This document shows positions 1-14,200 of a DNA stretch of 64,000 bases, piece by piece. A program made the position numbers and the translations under genes. The notes under the pieces are model-generated. The model did not search any database. It was not told the origin of the DNA and saw only the letters and a program-made list of their open reading frames with translations. Every line of letters begins with the position of its first letter. Position 1 is the stretch's first letter. Source of the stretch: Stylophora pistillata (Eukaryota); NCBI RefSeq assembly GCF_002571385.2, contig NW_019217861.1:261766-325765 (forward strand). Reading direction: 5' to 3'.

Positions 1-108
1 GTAGTTATTTTAATCGCGTGGGTGGCAAGGGGGGGTAGGGGATGGGGAAAATCTGGCCCGTTGTTTGGTCCGTATAAGGACGTTAACGCTTAAATAATAA
101 AGACGAAG

Positions 109-1281
109 ATCTATAGTGAGGAGGCCGTAGTCATTGCTGTAACAAAAAAAGAAGGTAATTCAAATGGAAAGGGAGACCAAGCAACATTTGCGCAGGCTAT
201 GGGCATATGTGTGGAGCACGAGAAGAACACTTTCATCACCGATGCTCAAACAGGCTCTGTGAAGCTGGTTACCTCGATAAAAGGCATTGTAAAGTATCTA
301 GGCCATCTTGGACTCCTTTATAAAGCCTTTTCTGGTCATGTGAAACATCAGACTGTACCAAAACGTTCCCTACCACAAGCAATCAAGCTTCTGGAAGAAC
401 TTGACAGTTAATTGGAAACAATAACAGAAAAAGCGTTATCGCATAGCAACAATGTCAACGATACCAGCACAGGTAAACCAAGCGGTCCACAAGGAACTAT
501 TTCTGATCAGACAAAGCGTTCAGTTAGTAACATGATCGTAAATGGACTGAAAGATCTGGAGGCTTTAGTTAAAGAAGAGAATCTAGGCTTCGCCATTGAT
601 CTGTACTCCTGTGTTACAGTTCAGGTTGGAAACCTCCACGCAGTTGGTCATTTCAAAGACCAGTTTCCTACGCTTTTGCAGTACGCACGGAATCTAGCAA
701 ATACCGTATAAGAAAGCATTAAGCTTGTAGTACCCTGGAGTGCCTACTACTTCTCGCACGACAAATCGTATTATCCTGTGTTACGCCAGAGCACTCCACT
801 AAATGCCATTCCGAAGCTGGAGCATCTCAAAGCTATAAGGGAGTTGAATATTCAGGAAAAAGACCTCATGATTGAGTGGGCGACAAATAATGGGAAGGCT
901 GCACGGCAGAGAAGTGTGAGGCAAGAGACCACCATGTTCAAGGCCTGAACATTGCCGTTAAATATGTACAGAGCATCTGTCTATCCTAAAGATAAAGTCT
1001 GATTCAGCCATAACACTATCCAAGAGGGGACTGTTACTTCTGTTACAACCGTTACGACTGTTACGCATTCTACATCGCATGAAGCCATCGAAGACGATAA
1101 AGTAGTAGAGGCAGCAGAGGTAGAAGAGGAGGAAGAGTATGACACTGACTCAGACGCTGAATATTCTATTGCGGACAATGACGAGGAAGATTCTTTAGAC
1201 GATTTGGTTTTTCTTCGGGCAGTTACAACGCGAAGAGGACGAAGGGTCAGAGTTTCCAACGAGAGTGATTTGAGTAGGTGA
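109..1281 (+). pseudogene. Decayed intronless ORF (NHL-repeat-like N-part, acidic C-tail) inside a probable DNA transposon
   Basis: One continuous frame from about 109 to TGA 1279-1281, broken only by point stops at 409, 709, 946 and 1000. It begins VIAVTKKEGNSNGKGDQATFAQAMGICVEHEKNTFITDAQTGSVKLV (NHL-like) and ends EEEEEYDTDSD...FLRAVTTRRGRRVRV. Confidence 0.7.
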
Positions 1282-1289
1282 TTTACGAT

Positions 1290-1485
1290 ATGCAGCCTTT
1301 ACGTAGCTTTTCACGATTTTGGTTCTTCTAACATTCTTTCTAGCCTAAGAGAAGGTTATTAAAAGGAGTATCTTACTTCTTTATTTTCGCGATTCGGGAA
1401 AATGAAATTTTAATATCCGTGATCGGTGATTCGTCATTTTTTCTCTTCGTGAACCGTGCGACAGACACCACCCTGTATGACCCTC
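1290..1485. mobile_element. Probable right end of a DNA transposon (terminus reads GAGGGTCATACAGGG on the minus strand)
   Basis: Reiterated subterminal (c)gtga/cgatt motifs end in ...ccctgtatgaccctc at 1485, where LINE coding sequence starts abruptly. The partner end is not in the window. Confidence 0.45.
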
Positions 1486-1970
1486 ACAGAAGCTCTTATC
1501 ATCAAGAGTCAGCTCAGGTGGAGTGGCCATGTTGTCCGAATGTCAAAAGATCGACTTCCAAAACCGGTCTTCTATTCACAACTTAAAGAAGGATCGAGGA
1601 AGAGAGGTGTTCAGAAAAAGAGGTACAAAGACACTCTGAAAGCCAATCTGAAGAAGTGCAACATTGATATCAGAACCTTGGAAACTGATGCGAAAAACAG
1701 AGATTTCTGGCGTGAAACCACACATGAATGGGGCAGCGTTCTTTGAAACAAGTAGGTGCGCACCATTAGAGGAGAAGAGACGTTTGAGAAAGGAGAGACA
1801 ACAGGAAGCTAGAAATGATCTCCCGCCGCCACCTGGAACCACCTGTCCTCAGTGCCAAAGAACATTCAAGGCTCAAATTGGTCTCGTTAGTTATCTAAGA
1901 GTCCACAAGCAGGGTAATTGATTTGAAGACCATCATCCTCGTTTCGAGGGATAGCCTCGACGACGACGAC
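1486..1970 (+). mobile_element. RTE-clade LINE, 3' fragment
   Basis: QLRWSGHVVRMSKDRLPK...YSQL...G..KKRYKDTLKANLK is typical of the RTE C-terminus. After a frameshift near 1730 comes a terminal CPQCQRTFKAQIGLVSYLRVH finger, and a (GAC)n tail at about 1958-1970. Confidence 0.85.
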
Positions 1971-2051
1971 TATTATTCAACAACAACTCGGGTATCGAAG
2001 TAATTTGAATGTATCGTTTCTTTGTTCCCGTCGTAATTCTATTTTAATCAC

Positions 2052-2064
2052 TTCCCGCCATTTT
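2052..2064 (+). promoter_or_regulatory. Overlapping E2F-like (TTCCCGCC) and YY1-like (CCGCCATTTT) motif in the SMARCAD1 promoter or 5' UTR
   Basis: ttcccgccatttt about 165 bp upstream of the ATG. Motif match only. Confidence 0.4.
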
Positions 2065-2225
2065 AGTTTGCCGCGGTAAACTGGAACTTAGGCTTGTTCC
2101 AATATAACCTTGTCCGTAGATATTAATTTCAATTGGTGGTTTGGCGGTTCCGATGATTTATTCCAAGGTACAAAAAGAAATAAGTTCAACTGGCGTCTGA
2201 GCTAATCAAACAATGGAATAGCGGA

Positions 2226-5200
2226 ATGGAGCAATGGAATGTAGAAAACATGTCACTTTCAGAATTTAATTTGGACAAGTTCTCCTATCAACGAAAGTTG
2301 TTGGCATCTGCGCGCGATCACACCGGCATTTCTAGTCAACCATGTGCATCTACGAATAGGTTCACTTTGAATTCGCAGTCAGCGCATAGCTCGAGATCTG
2401 GAAGGAAATCAAAGGACTCGCTTTCGAACTGTCATAGCAATGAAGAAGATAACGGGCTCGGATCATGTGCAGACGATTCAAGTTCTACCGCTGCAATAGT
2501 TGCTGACCAAGAGCCTTTGGACGTGATGGAAACTCAACCAAGCGAAACTCGGGTACAGGTTGTCGACGCTTTAAATTCTTCCAAAGAAAACGTGAATCCA
2601 GGTAACGAAATCACAATTATAGATCAACTTCTGGTGATTTTAGTGATAGTTATTAATTGTTAATCATGGTAAGGTTATGTAACCACACACTAAGCTAATA
2701 ATCGTTGATCGTACATTGCATTCATTGTTTTTCAAATTAACCCGTGGCAGTTATTTACAGCAGTGGGGTTGGTGTGGTTATTTTGACTCCTCTAGATATT
2801 TCACAGAGCACAGATCAGATCTTTTGTCCTTTTGTTTGAACCCTTCAACTCCCAAGATGTGATTATCGATTCTCCCCTCCAGCTACTACACTTTTCCTTG
2901 TTAAATATGCTACGAGAATTTGGTGTTAGATCATGATAACAACTTCCACCTCATGAGTTTGAGTATTCTTCTTACCATTTTACTGGAACACATGTGGATA
3001 TTATGGGGAGAAGTTATACTTTAATCACCTCTGGGAGTTAGTGTTAAACATGTCTAAGAAAAAAGGTTGTGATTTTCCTACACAACTGCTTAACAAAATG
3101 GTACCATTGACTCATTAAAGGTGATACTCCAACAGATATTTTTTTCTTTAATTGCAGATTCAAATACCTCATTTATTATTTGCCAAAGGCGAGGTGAATA
3201 TCGTTGAATAATCTCCAAGATGAAGTCAAGGAGATTATTTGTCAATATTCACCGAACCTGAGGCGAATAATTGTTTTAGTATAATATCAAAGCTGAACAA
3301 CAGAGAAATTTCTAAAATCATAACACTTTTAATTAGTAACATTTATTAACATTTCATTTTAACATTTTATATAAACCACGTAGAGCGGTTTATATAGCAT
3401 CATAAAAGGAACCGCTCGACCAATCAGATTGCTGGAAACTCTTTGCTCAGCTCTGAAATTCTACTAAATTTAGATAGAACCAGCCAGGCATATAGCAGTC
3501 TCTCAGGGTTTTCAAATTTAAAGAAAGTAGCAGGAGGAAATTGTAAAGCAGGTGGAGCATTATCTCATCTTGATGACAGTTTCCTTGTGGGGTAGGGTGT
3601 TGGAATGTGAAAAGTACCCAGTGCAAATGCTTGAAGTAGCTGGTGACTTGTGCCAGGTGCTGGCTAAATTTGAAAACCCTGGTCTCTGTCTGCAGCTAGA
3701 GTAGTTATATGCTAACATGCAGGTAGTGACTTACAATACCACTAGCCAGCATTAGCTTTGGTGCAACCCCAATAAAACTTTGTCTAGTACCATTCCCCTA
3801 ATTTGGAGTATTTGATGTGAATTAAGATATCAATTAGTTAAAGTGTTTGTTTGAAATTTCTAGATAAAGACCACATTGTGAGTTTTAAAGCAGGAAATAA
3901 AAGAAAGAGACATTTCTTTATGGAAGATGAGGATGATGGAGATAACAATAAAGACAAGAAAAGATCCTGCAAATCAGAGGAACTAGGAGGTCTGGACACC
4001 AATTGCAACTCCAGAAAAAATTCTACAAGAAGGGATGTGACTTATGGAAAGAAAGGTCAGCATTTTAAGAAGTTGAACATGTGCATGTACACTGTAGATG
4101 TGCTCATACAGGTACCTTAACCTTTTAACTTCAAGTGATCAAGACATAATTTTTCCTTACAATATCAATTCAGTATCCAGCAGACAAGTGATGAGAGTAA
4201 AGAAAGATATCACAAGGGGGTTATTCTCCAAATTCACAGCATTAGAATAAAGTTGCATGGCAGACCGGCAGAGAGGGAAATCACTCTTTAGGAGTGAAAG
4301 GGTCAAAATGTGTGCTATAATCAGGATTTATTCTAGGAATTGGCAAAAAGGGTCATCTGGTGGCTGAAACAAGACTAAAACTTTGCTGTCCCCCACCCCC
4401 CCCACCCCAACCCCACCATTCCAAAATTTGCAAGCCTGATGTTCTAAACATTCATCTTTGCTTCTTCCTGTGTTTGGTCTTGCACAGAAGCAAGGAAGCT
4501 TGCATCAATTATTTGAGCTTGAACTAGTTTGTCTTGATGTAACAAGAATAAAGGTCTAGCTCCTCTCTGTCACAGTTTAGGTATCTCTTACAAGATTTCC
4601 CTTCCATGTACAATGCACTGTTACCAAATTTGTGTTCTTGATTGGAAAGAGACACTGGCATTTGTGATGGTTTGCCATATTCCCAAGAACACTTATCAAT
4701 GAATCTGTAATCCAGATCAGTGCTCAATTCTACACTTTTTGGTCCAGAGTCCTTTTTGGTTTACCGCATCGTTTACTTATTTACCTCAAATGTGTTTTAA
4801 AACTGTATTAAGTCTGTAAATTACCTGTTAGGTTACTTTTACAGCACAAGAGAAATAGACAGTTCATGGACTTTTCACACTGTACAAGCTCAGTACAATT
4901 TAGGTATAGCAACGCTGCTTTTTCATGGGATAATAATTAAAGTTAATAGTATTGTACTAATTGCTTCATTTCTTTTTCAATTTCATTTCTTAGAAATTCC
5001 TGAAGTTGTCTGTTTATCAAGTGATGAAGCTGATGATAGTGATGTTGTTATTACTGGTGAGTTACACAGGTTGTTATTTATCACATTCTTAACAGGTTAT
5101 ATTTTTAGTGTGCTGCATAAGGTCTCATAAATTGTCACAAATATGATCATCTACATGGTAATTGATGAAAATTCATAGAAATCTGAGTTTTACTAAACAT

Positions 5201-8200
5201 AGATTTTTAGAATCAAATACATGAAAACATTGCAGATGGTTATTCAACTGTTCAACCAATTAAGTGAATGATTTTGATGAATTAAAGAAAGGCAGTACCA
5301 TCAATAATTATCTCAGCCTTTCAAAGGCTCAGATATGTAGGTCAGAGAGTCCAGAAGCTTCTTTGCAAGCTTGGCATACATGTATCAACTCACTCATGCT
5401 CCTTTAAATTGTGATTATGGCAGCTACCACTTGATGCCTGTTTTCACCTCCTAAAAAAAAGGGCAGCAAATTAGTGAGCATATAAAAGGACCTTGTGCTG
5501 CAACAATTAGATCACCCTGATGAAGGTACTAGACAAGAGTGTGGAAATGCTGGATCTGCTGACGAATTGTAATTTCCTGGTTACATTCGTGAAATCCTTA
5601 AACCAGAGTAACATCTTGAACAATGTCTTTTATTCAAGCTGGTTGCTTTGTGAACTTTAATTTATCTTCTTTGTGTATTAAATTTGCAGATTTCATAGAT
5701 ATCAGTCAAATTGATATGGAGAATGACAGTGAAGATGACAGCCTGAGTAAAGAGGAGATGGTTACTATGCTTTCATTTTTCAATGACTGTACCGTTCAAG
5801 AGCTGGCAGCTGTTCCTGGTTTGTCCTCCAAAAAGGCTGAAAAGATCATTAAAATGAGACCATTTGAATCCTGGACTGATCTTGTAAGAAAACAGCTACT
5901 GCCACACATTGTTCTGGAGCTTATTGGAGACAATTTTTATCCTTAATGAAATAAATGTTTTGCTAAAGTTTGTCCCACAAGACTGAAATTTTTAATAAAA
6001 CCTAACTGCAGAGTAATTGTGCTTGAGAATATGCAACTGAGAATCATGTTATTGTTTTGTTTCAAATTCTTAAAAGTTTTTGGAATTAGACACATTGGAA
6101 AATAAAATAAAATTTTTTTTAATGACATCCCTCTCCCCTATAATGCTATTTTCTCCTCTGTTATTTTTATCCTAGGTTTCTAAACTGGACTCTGCTAAGA
6201 ACTTATCTTCAGAGGTAATTTTTCTTATTTTTATTTTTAATATTATGTACTTAATACCTCAAAGACAGCCATTAATTTTGTTTCTACATGGAATTACAGA
6301 GTTCACAACGTAGTCCAATTAATAATTGATATTGTGAAAATTGTACATACAGGAAATATTTTTGTTAATTTTTTTTTGTTGTTGTTGTGAAAAGCAAGCA
6401 GTTGTTTATAGTATTCTGAATAATTGCTAATTGGTCTTTTAGTTGATAGACAATTGTCAAAGTCTGCTCGAAGAGCGCAAAGCTGTTGAGAAATTGATGA
6501 ACAAATGCGAGAACATCTCCAACAAAATCCAAGACATGTTGAACTCAAGATTAAGTGTAAGTTGTAAATAATAAAGGCTGATAGTTTCTAATGAAACTGT
6601 TTGGGGCTGCATCGGTGGGGGTAACGAAATAATTTGAATATATCAACAAAGTTGAAATGGTAAATTGGCCACCGTTAAGTTGTAAATAATTGGGTATTGA
6701 CTAAATGATGATCATTGAAATAAACTGGCATCAAAATTGATCTCAGCTTGTCATTCAAATAGCTTTTTTAGACGTTTTGCTCTGTGTGCTACAGATAATA
6801 ATTTTGAAATAATATTTTGTATTTAGGTTGACAAGAATGATTCTTCAAATAGTAAAAGAGGAGCTGTGATAACTTCACAACCAAAAATATTAAATAAAAG
6901 GTAATTAAATAACTGTGAATATATATATATAATTTTATGAAAATCATATATTTGAACTTCACTGACATTGGATTTTTTATTATCTAGACTTGCTTCTCTG
7001 GTCCCATTTTTTGTGTGAATATTAATCAGTGAGACTTGGGATCTGTAACAACTTCTTTCCATTAAACTAAGCATGTGGTTAATTAAAAATGCTGTTGGTC
7101 AGAGACAGCAGTGCCATATTTTCTTTTAAAACTTAATCCCTTTAATGTAAATTTGAGATTTTCACCTTTGTTAGCCTTCAGCTTAAGCCCTACCAGTTGA
7201 CAAGTCTTAATTGGCTGGTTCTGATGCATGAACAAGGAGTCAATGGAATATTAGCTGACGAAATGGTAAATAATGTGTTTGCTGCTTATTATTAGCAATA
7301 CTCTAAGCTTCTGGGTCATGTTTTTGATACATGAGCATTTACTGTACATGTTTCAGGGTCTTGGCAAGACAGTTCAAGCCATAGCTTTTCTTGCACACTT
7401 GTGTGAATCTGGAGAAAAAGGCCCTCATCTGATTATTGTACCAGCATCAACTCTTGGTAAGAAGTATTTTATTGGTTTTTTTTTGTTGCCTTTTATTGTT
7501 TTCTCCAAAAGTGTTTTCATGTGTTTAAGGCACAGTAAGATTTGCATTCAAACTGACTTCAAGTTAAGTGGTTTTGTAAAAATAGACCTTTTAGGTTGTT
7601 TCCTTTTTTAATGATCGCAGATAATTGGTGCAGAGAAGCCAAGAAATGGTGCCCATCATTAGAATTCTTTTTGTATTATGGTAAGAGCTAGGGAAAGTTC
7701 CTTATTTGGATTTCACTTTCAGTTTTGTTTTGGTTAATTTAACCTTATAAAACCCGTGGGAGACACTCTTGAAACCCTTTGGAACCCTACGGTAACTTTC
7801 AAGAGTCTTTTAAAAGCATTTCGGGAACATTGGTAGGAACTCTCGAAACCCTTCGGAAACTTTCGGAGACCCTTTACAAACCTCTCGGACATTTTCGGAG
7901 ACCCTTCGGAACCCTTCGGAACCTTTCAGAGACCCTTTGCAAACCCTCTTGAAACTTTCGAAGACTCTTTGGAAACCTCCCGGAAACTTTCGGAGAACTT
8001 TGGGAAACCCATCGGAAATTTCCCGACACTTTTTATGACCCTTCAGAAGAAATTGGAAACAGTCAGAAACCCCGCAAAAACCTTATCGAAAACCATTGTC
8101 CCTAACTTGACCGAGCCAACCGGGTTAGCAGTCCCGTATGAAGGGGCTCATTAGCCATGTTTTCATTCAAACTACCACAATCGATAGCGCTAGTACAATG

Positions 8201-11200
8201 TACAATAATTTATATCATTACTATAATTGCTACTTTTAGGAAGTCAGGCAGAGAGGCTTCAGCTGCAATGCGAGGTGGATTTAACGGAACGAAAACCTGA
8301 TATTTTCATAACGACGTAAGTTTAAAGAAGTGTTCCTTAAAATCACCGGTGCTTGGCGTTTTCGCCGCTACTCGCTTCTAAAGCGTTAGCTTCTTAAATT
8401 AGACAAAGGAGGGAGATATTTCCTTGAAATAAATGTTAACCATTAGTATCTGTTAGCAGTGACAGCTCTGGGGGAAGTTTATTTGGGTAAGAAAAAGAAA
8501 CGCAGAGGGAAGAAAAACCGGCAGGTGAACACACAGACAACCATGTAAACTGGATTAAAATTAAAGTTTTTTTGCTGGTTTGTAGCTACACAGTCGCCAC
8601 TGGTACAAAAGATGATCGTTCCTTTTTAAGAAAACTCAATTGTAATTACGTAGTACTGGACGAGGGGCATATGTTGAAAAACATGCAGTCACAGAGATAC
8701 CAGGGACTTATGAAAATGAAGGTGGGTATGCTGTTTACTGTCTGGTAAAACGTTGCATCAACCGCGTTTGCGTTCAAAGGTGAATGGTCGAGCATGCTCA
8801 AATTTCTTGATCCCGTGTTTAGTTCTCCAAGGAAACAAGAGAAGCAAGTAACTTACTTTTCTTTCCTGCTCGTTGGCTGGGTTTACTTAGGAGGTTCACG
8901 AAAAAGCACAACCCAGAGAAGCCGTCTAATGTTTTCAACTTAGAGACTTGTAGATATAAGTTAAATGATCGAACCCATGCCACGGTTGTGTTCACGCTTT
9001 CAGAATCTTTTTTGACCTTCATAAACAGAACCTCAGAAGAAGTTGAGACTTGAAATTGTGCGGAATAAGTGGTGAAATCACGAATAGCAATTATTTAGTC
9101 ACGCTCTTCGCGTTTCACGTAAAATTCTCCCTTTGGCCGCGGATTACGACGAATGGCAAGTTGAAATTTAGATACGAAACGCTTGTACAATTGTACCGGT
9201 AGATGTACCATCTTACGTTCTGTTTCTTTTATCCCTTAAAGGTCCGTCGCGGGCTTCTTCTCACAGGGACACCACAGGTACATTTTGTACCATTAGATAT
9301 ACCTTCTTATGTTTTACGTTTTGTTTCTTATATCGCGTATAGGCCCGTCGCCGGCTACTCCTCACAGGGACACCACTACAGAACAACTTGTTAGAGCTGA
9401 TGTCCCTGCTAAGTTTTGTGATGCCGAGCATGTTTGGTGACAGTGTTCAGGGGATCAAAATGCTCTTTTCCAACAGCAAAATGGTACGACCACTGTCTAT
9501 TTTCTCCTTACAATATTACCCCTGAGTCAAGCATTGAGGTCACTAGAATAAAGGAAATGATCACAAACTAAAGTAGTTCTTGATTGATTGTTAAACAAAT
9601 TCTCTTAGTAAACACTTTAGGAATTATAGAGAGAATGGTAGGGGGGATATTAATCAGAAGTGTTTTATCGGGGTCTTATTGTCAGTTTTCCAAGTGCAAG
9701 TTATGTTTTTCATAGAATGGTGAACCAGGTAGTAACTACCAGAAAGCAACAGTAGCTCAGGCCAAGAGAATCATGAAACCATTTGTTCTGAGAAGGCTCA
9801 AGAAAGATGTAAGTATTCTTGAAATGAAAAACGATTCAAAAGTGAACCTTTATTTTTCTTTTACGCTATTTAATCTTGGTTAAATACGCTCTCAATCTGA
9901 GCCCCGTTTCATGATTCGTGTCTCATTGAGTTGTATGCAGTCTGACTTTCTGTCTGTCTGTCTGTCTGTCTGTCCGTCCGTTCGAGACAAAGGTTATGAG
10001 ACGAGAAGAGAAAATATCAGTCTAAGAAGAGATTGGAATGAGACACCCGTGCCTTGTCTTAGTCCCCTGTCGTCAACACCTCAACTGTGTGTTCGCTTTC
10101 CTTGGGTAACACGCTCATAGAAATGTTTCTGGAAAGACGGAGAGCAAGTCGTCCAAGTTGCCATTGCGGGAGGGAGGGAGGGTAGGGGAGACTTGAGGAT
10201 CGAGACATGAGTCAGATTTTTTTTCTTTATATCTGCCTCGACCTTTTCATCCTTGCTTATTTATCAAACGTCCCTCTGATCGCGTCTTTTATTCTCCTTA
10301 ACTAACATCTCGAATTATATCGTCATTTGGCGGAGAAATTATGTTCTGATAACTTTTACTGATTATCCTTCTCCAGGTTCTACAACAGCTTCCTGCCAAA
10401 CATGATCTCATAGTCAAGGTGGACTTGACCGAAGAACAGCGTCAGTTGTACAACTACAACTTTGTGAACTGTTCAAGACAATTTAAGGAGTCGGGTAAGG
10501 TTGTAGGTACATTTTTCATGGTCAAAATTGCGTCGCCATAGTACTTCATAAGCTACAACTTTGGTCATTCAAAACGGTCGTGAATGCTTGTCTAGTTTGT
10601 GATTGGATATTGAAATCGGAGTAGCGCCATCAACCGGATAAAATCGCTATCAACTGGATAAAATCGTTATCAACCGGATAAAATCGTTATCAACCGGGTA
10701 AAATCGTTATTCACCGGATAAAATCGTTATCCGACGGAAAGTTGCAAACAAAGCAAACTACGCTATCCTCTGAATAGCATAGTTTTCTCCATGAAAAACA
10801 GCTTTCCCTAGACAGAAAATCGGTGGACAGACCCGCTATCGATTTCTTGTCCAACTTCTGGGAGCGAAAAGGCTCACAAGATCGTAGCTGCCAATTTTTC
10901 CCCTGATCAAATCAGACCACGTGATATCAACCAAGACCTGTTCCTTTGTCTGATATCCTTTGAACGATTACTGTTTGACTTTCAGGTGAATGCGACTAAA
11001 TTCAAGTTGCGAATTAGTAGTATAGAGTTACATTCGAAGCTATGGCGTGTTATGAAATAATGATAAAGAAAACTCCATATACTGGATTTAATTTTTGACG
11101 TAAACGATTTTTTGTTTTCGGCTAAGAGAGACCAGCGTCTATTTTCTCCTTACACAATATCACCCCCCAGTGGCAGATCCAGACGTTGAGCTAAGGGGGA

Positions 11201-14200
11201 GGGGGAGGGGGACAGTTTTGTGTGTGTGCGTGTGCGTGTTTGTGTGTGTGTGTGTACACCTGCCCGCTTTTCTTACCTCCACGTTTATTTTTTACCCAAA
11301 ATAAGGAAGGGGGTGGCGGGGACCCTGGGCCCCTCCTCTAGATCCGCCACTGACCCCTGAATCACACGTTGAGGTCACGAGAATAAAGGATTAAAGATTA
11401 AAAAAGCTCTTGATCGTTAAAGAAATTCTCCATGTCAGCACCCGAGGTAATATATAGAGAACAGTAGGGAGAATATACAAACTGATGTTAGAATGTAAAA
11501 GGTTAACGTGCTCTTTCTTCTCTTCAGATGGCGGCTCACAGTACAGCAATATTTTGATGTTACTTCGGAAGGCCGCCAATCATCCTCTGCTGCTACGTAA
11601 TCGCTTCAACGATAGCATACTACTGAAGATGGCTAAGAAATACTGCAAGGTTTGAACTTTTATTAAACTTAAAAAACAATCTGTGAAGTGATTAATGACG
11701 ATGACGTTGACGAAGACGCAGTTTGTCGCATTTACATTACTGCTCGTTTTTTGAAGTTTAAAATAAATTTGTAAGAATGAAGAATGCTGGTGATAACGTC
11801 TTGAAAAGATGGCGAAAACTTCTAAGAGTTTGCTTGTTTGTAAATCGATGTTATAATGATTGATGCGTTGGTTAATGCTGCTGTCTGTAATTGTTGTTTT
11901 AAACAAATAAGAAAAATTTCTGTCTATTTCCCAGGACCCTGCGCACCGCGATTGTGAGCCGGATCTGGTTTTCGAGGATATGACAGTAATGTCAGACTTT
12001 GAACTGCATTGTCTCTGTCGAGAGGAACAGGTACAATGCAAGAGAACATTTCTCCTGATATTTGTAGGAAAAAAAAAACAACAACAAATACAAAAAAACA
12101 AAAAAACAAAAACTCTTCGTGCCATGGGCGTTTCTTTGCAGCTTCACGCTCGAAGATTTGCGTGACCGACAGAATTACAGTGGAACCTCGATTTAACGAA
12201 GGGCCAAGGGACTGGGGAAATTGGTTCGTAATATCGAGGTTCTGTGGCATATATTTTACTGTAACTTTAGCCGGGTTGAAACTGAAGTATCGTTCGTTAT
12301 ACCGAGGACTTGGTTATATAGAGACTAAGAGGTTCGTCAAATCTAGGTTCCACTGTATAGTGAAGACGATGGTTTGTTCGATCACGTTATGTGAACTAAA
12401 CTGAGAACTTTAACCGTGTAACTTCCAAGATTTTTATTTACTTCAGAAATTTTCACCTCTAGTGCCATACATTTTTCCTTATAGCGGTATGCAAAAGAAA
12501 TGCCAACGGTCATCCCTACAATAATCTATATTAATCAACTAGTTGCAGTTGTATTGTTTTATATAATTTTTCTTGTTTTGGTTTGTTGTTTATTTGCTTT
12601 TTTTCATTTTTATTTAACGATGCAGAGTTTGGCAGATCATTGTCTAAGTAAAGAAATTATGATGAAATCAGGAAAATTTGAGTACTTAGATACGCTATTA
12701 CCTGAATTAAAGCAAAAGGTTTGTATTTGTCTGACATAAGTACTTCGTAAAAATATTCGAACATGAACGTCATCCAAACGTATCACATATGTGTGTGATC
12801 AGAGTTTTAACTTCAGTCTATCGGTGTCCACTGTCGCTTTTTAGCCTCTTGTAGCACTCATTACTTTCCGAAGAGCGGGCGAAATGTCGTCAGAGAACTT
12901 ACGCGAACGTCAAGCGAACTTACGCGAACGTCAAGCGGTAGTAACTGATAATTTGCTTTCTGTGTGTCGGATGTTTGTGTGAAAAGGAGATATTATATTT
13001 TCCGTTGGGTCTACAAGGATCTATAAGCAAAATCCGAAGTAAATGTTGCCGATTTCCGTAAATGCGGCATAAATCTATTACGAGGTCGCGATCGTTCGCT
13101 TGCCTGCATCTTAAGATACACTCTACTTCGCTCGTAGGCCGCCTTCCGGGTTTCGTGAACAAGCGATTAAGCCGAGAGAGGTTTGGGGCGAAGCTCCGCT
13201 GCCTGAACAGAGTGTTAGAGAATTACGCAACTATTAAAGGTTCAGTTTAAGCAAACCTTGACTCCTTAAGTTCCGTTTTGTTCTTTTGGTGTTTCTAGAA
13301 TTGCCGTTTGTTGCTGTTTAGTCAATTCACCATGATGATGGATATCATCGAAGTCTATCTGTCGAATAGAAGTCATCGTTACTTGAGACTGGATGGAAAG
13401 ACAGCTGTAGTAGATAGGTAATCTTCTGTTTAGCATTTAGTTTGTAGTCTCCTTCACGGTGGTTTTTTGGATCTCACCGCTTCCCTAGAAGGTTCTTTTG
13501 GAGGGAGCGTTGAGTGAGATGCCCAAAGAGCGGCCGCAAAGGGCGATAAAAAAAAAAACCTGACGCCTTACCACCCTAAAGTGCAAAGGTAGCCTATACA
13601 GCCTCCTACTTTTTTCTTGTTCGTTTTTCCAGATCTCATTTTGGAGCAGTAGGATTATTCTTAAGTGGCACCATGAATAATCTCAGAGCTCCAGCATGTT
13701 GTATTGATCCATGTCTTGATTTGAAATAGATTGCAACCCGTCACATAATCACTTAATTAACTGATTTCATAAGATCTTTTGTCTGAAAATGTTGCCATTC
13801 CCTGCGAGTTTAGCCGAATTTTAAACAATGCACCCCTCTTTTCCGTTTACAGGCAAAACCTAATTGATGAGTTCAATGGTGATCCGGACATCTTTGTCTT
13901 TCTTCTCTCGACCAAAGCAGGTTTGTCATTCTTGGCTAATTCATTTTCTTTTCTAACTTAGGCGTCTCAATCTTTCATTGTCAATCTCCTTTTGTGAGTA
14001 AAGGTGATATGGCGATCCAATGGTTAGCGCGAGGTCTGGTTGTGGACCTGGCTGGGTCACCGTGCCGTGTCCCTGGGTAGGACGCGTTTCTCTCTTACGG
14101 TGCCTCTCGCCATCCAAGTCCATGAATGGGTTCTAGCGAGAAAGGATGGAGTTAACTCACGGTCCCTTATTATAGGACGGAAAGAAAGGATGGAGTTAAC

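Noticed and set aside
11580-12404. Overlapping ORFs of 100-180 aa here and at 23366-23752, 39280-39721, 42047-42370, 63461-63880
   Set aside because: Antisense shadows of real exons, repeat translations or low-complexity frames with no recognisable domain or splice support.
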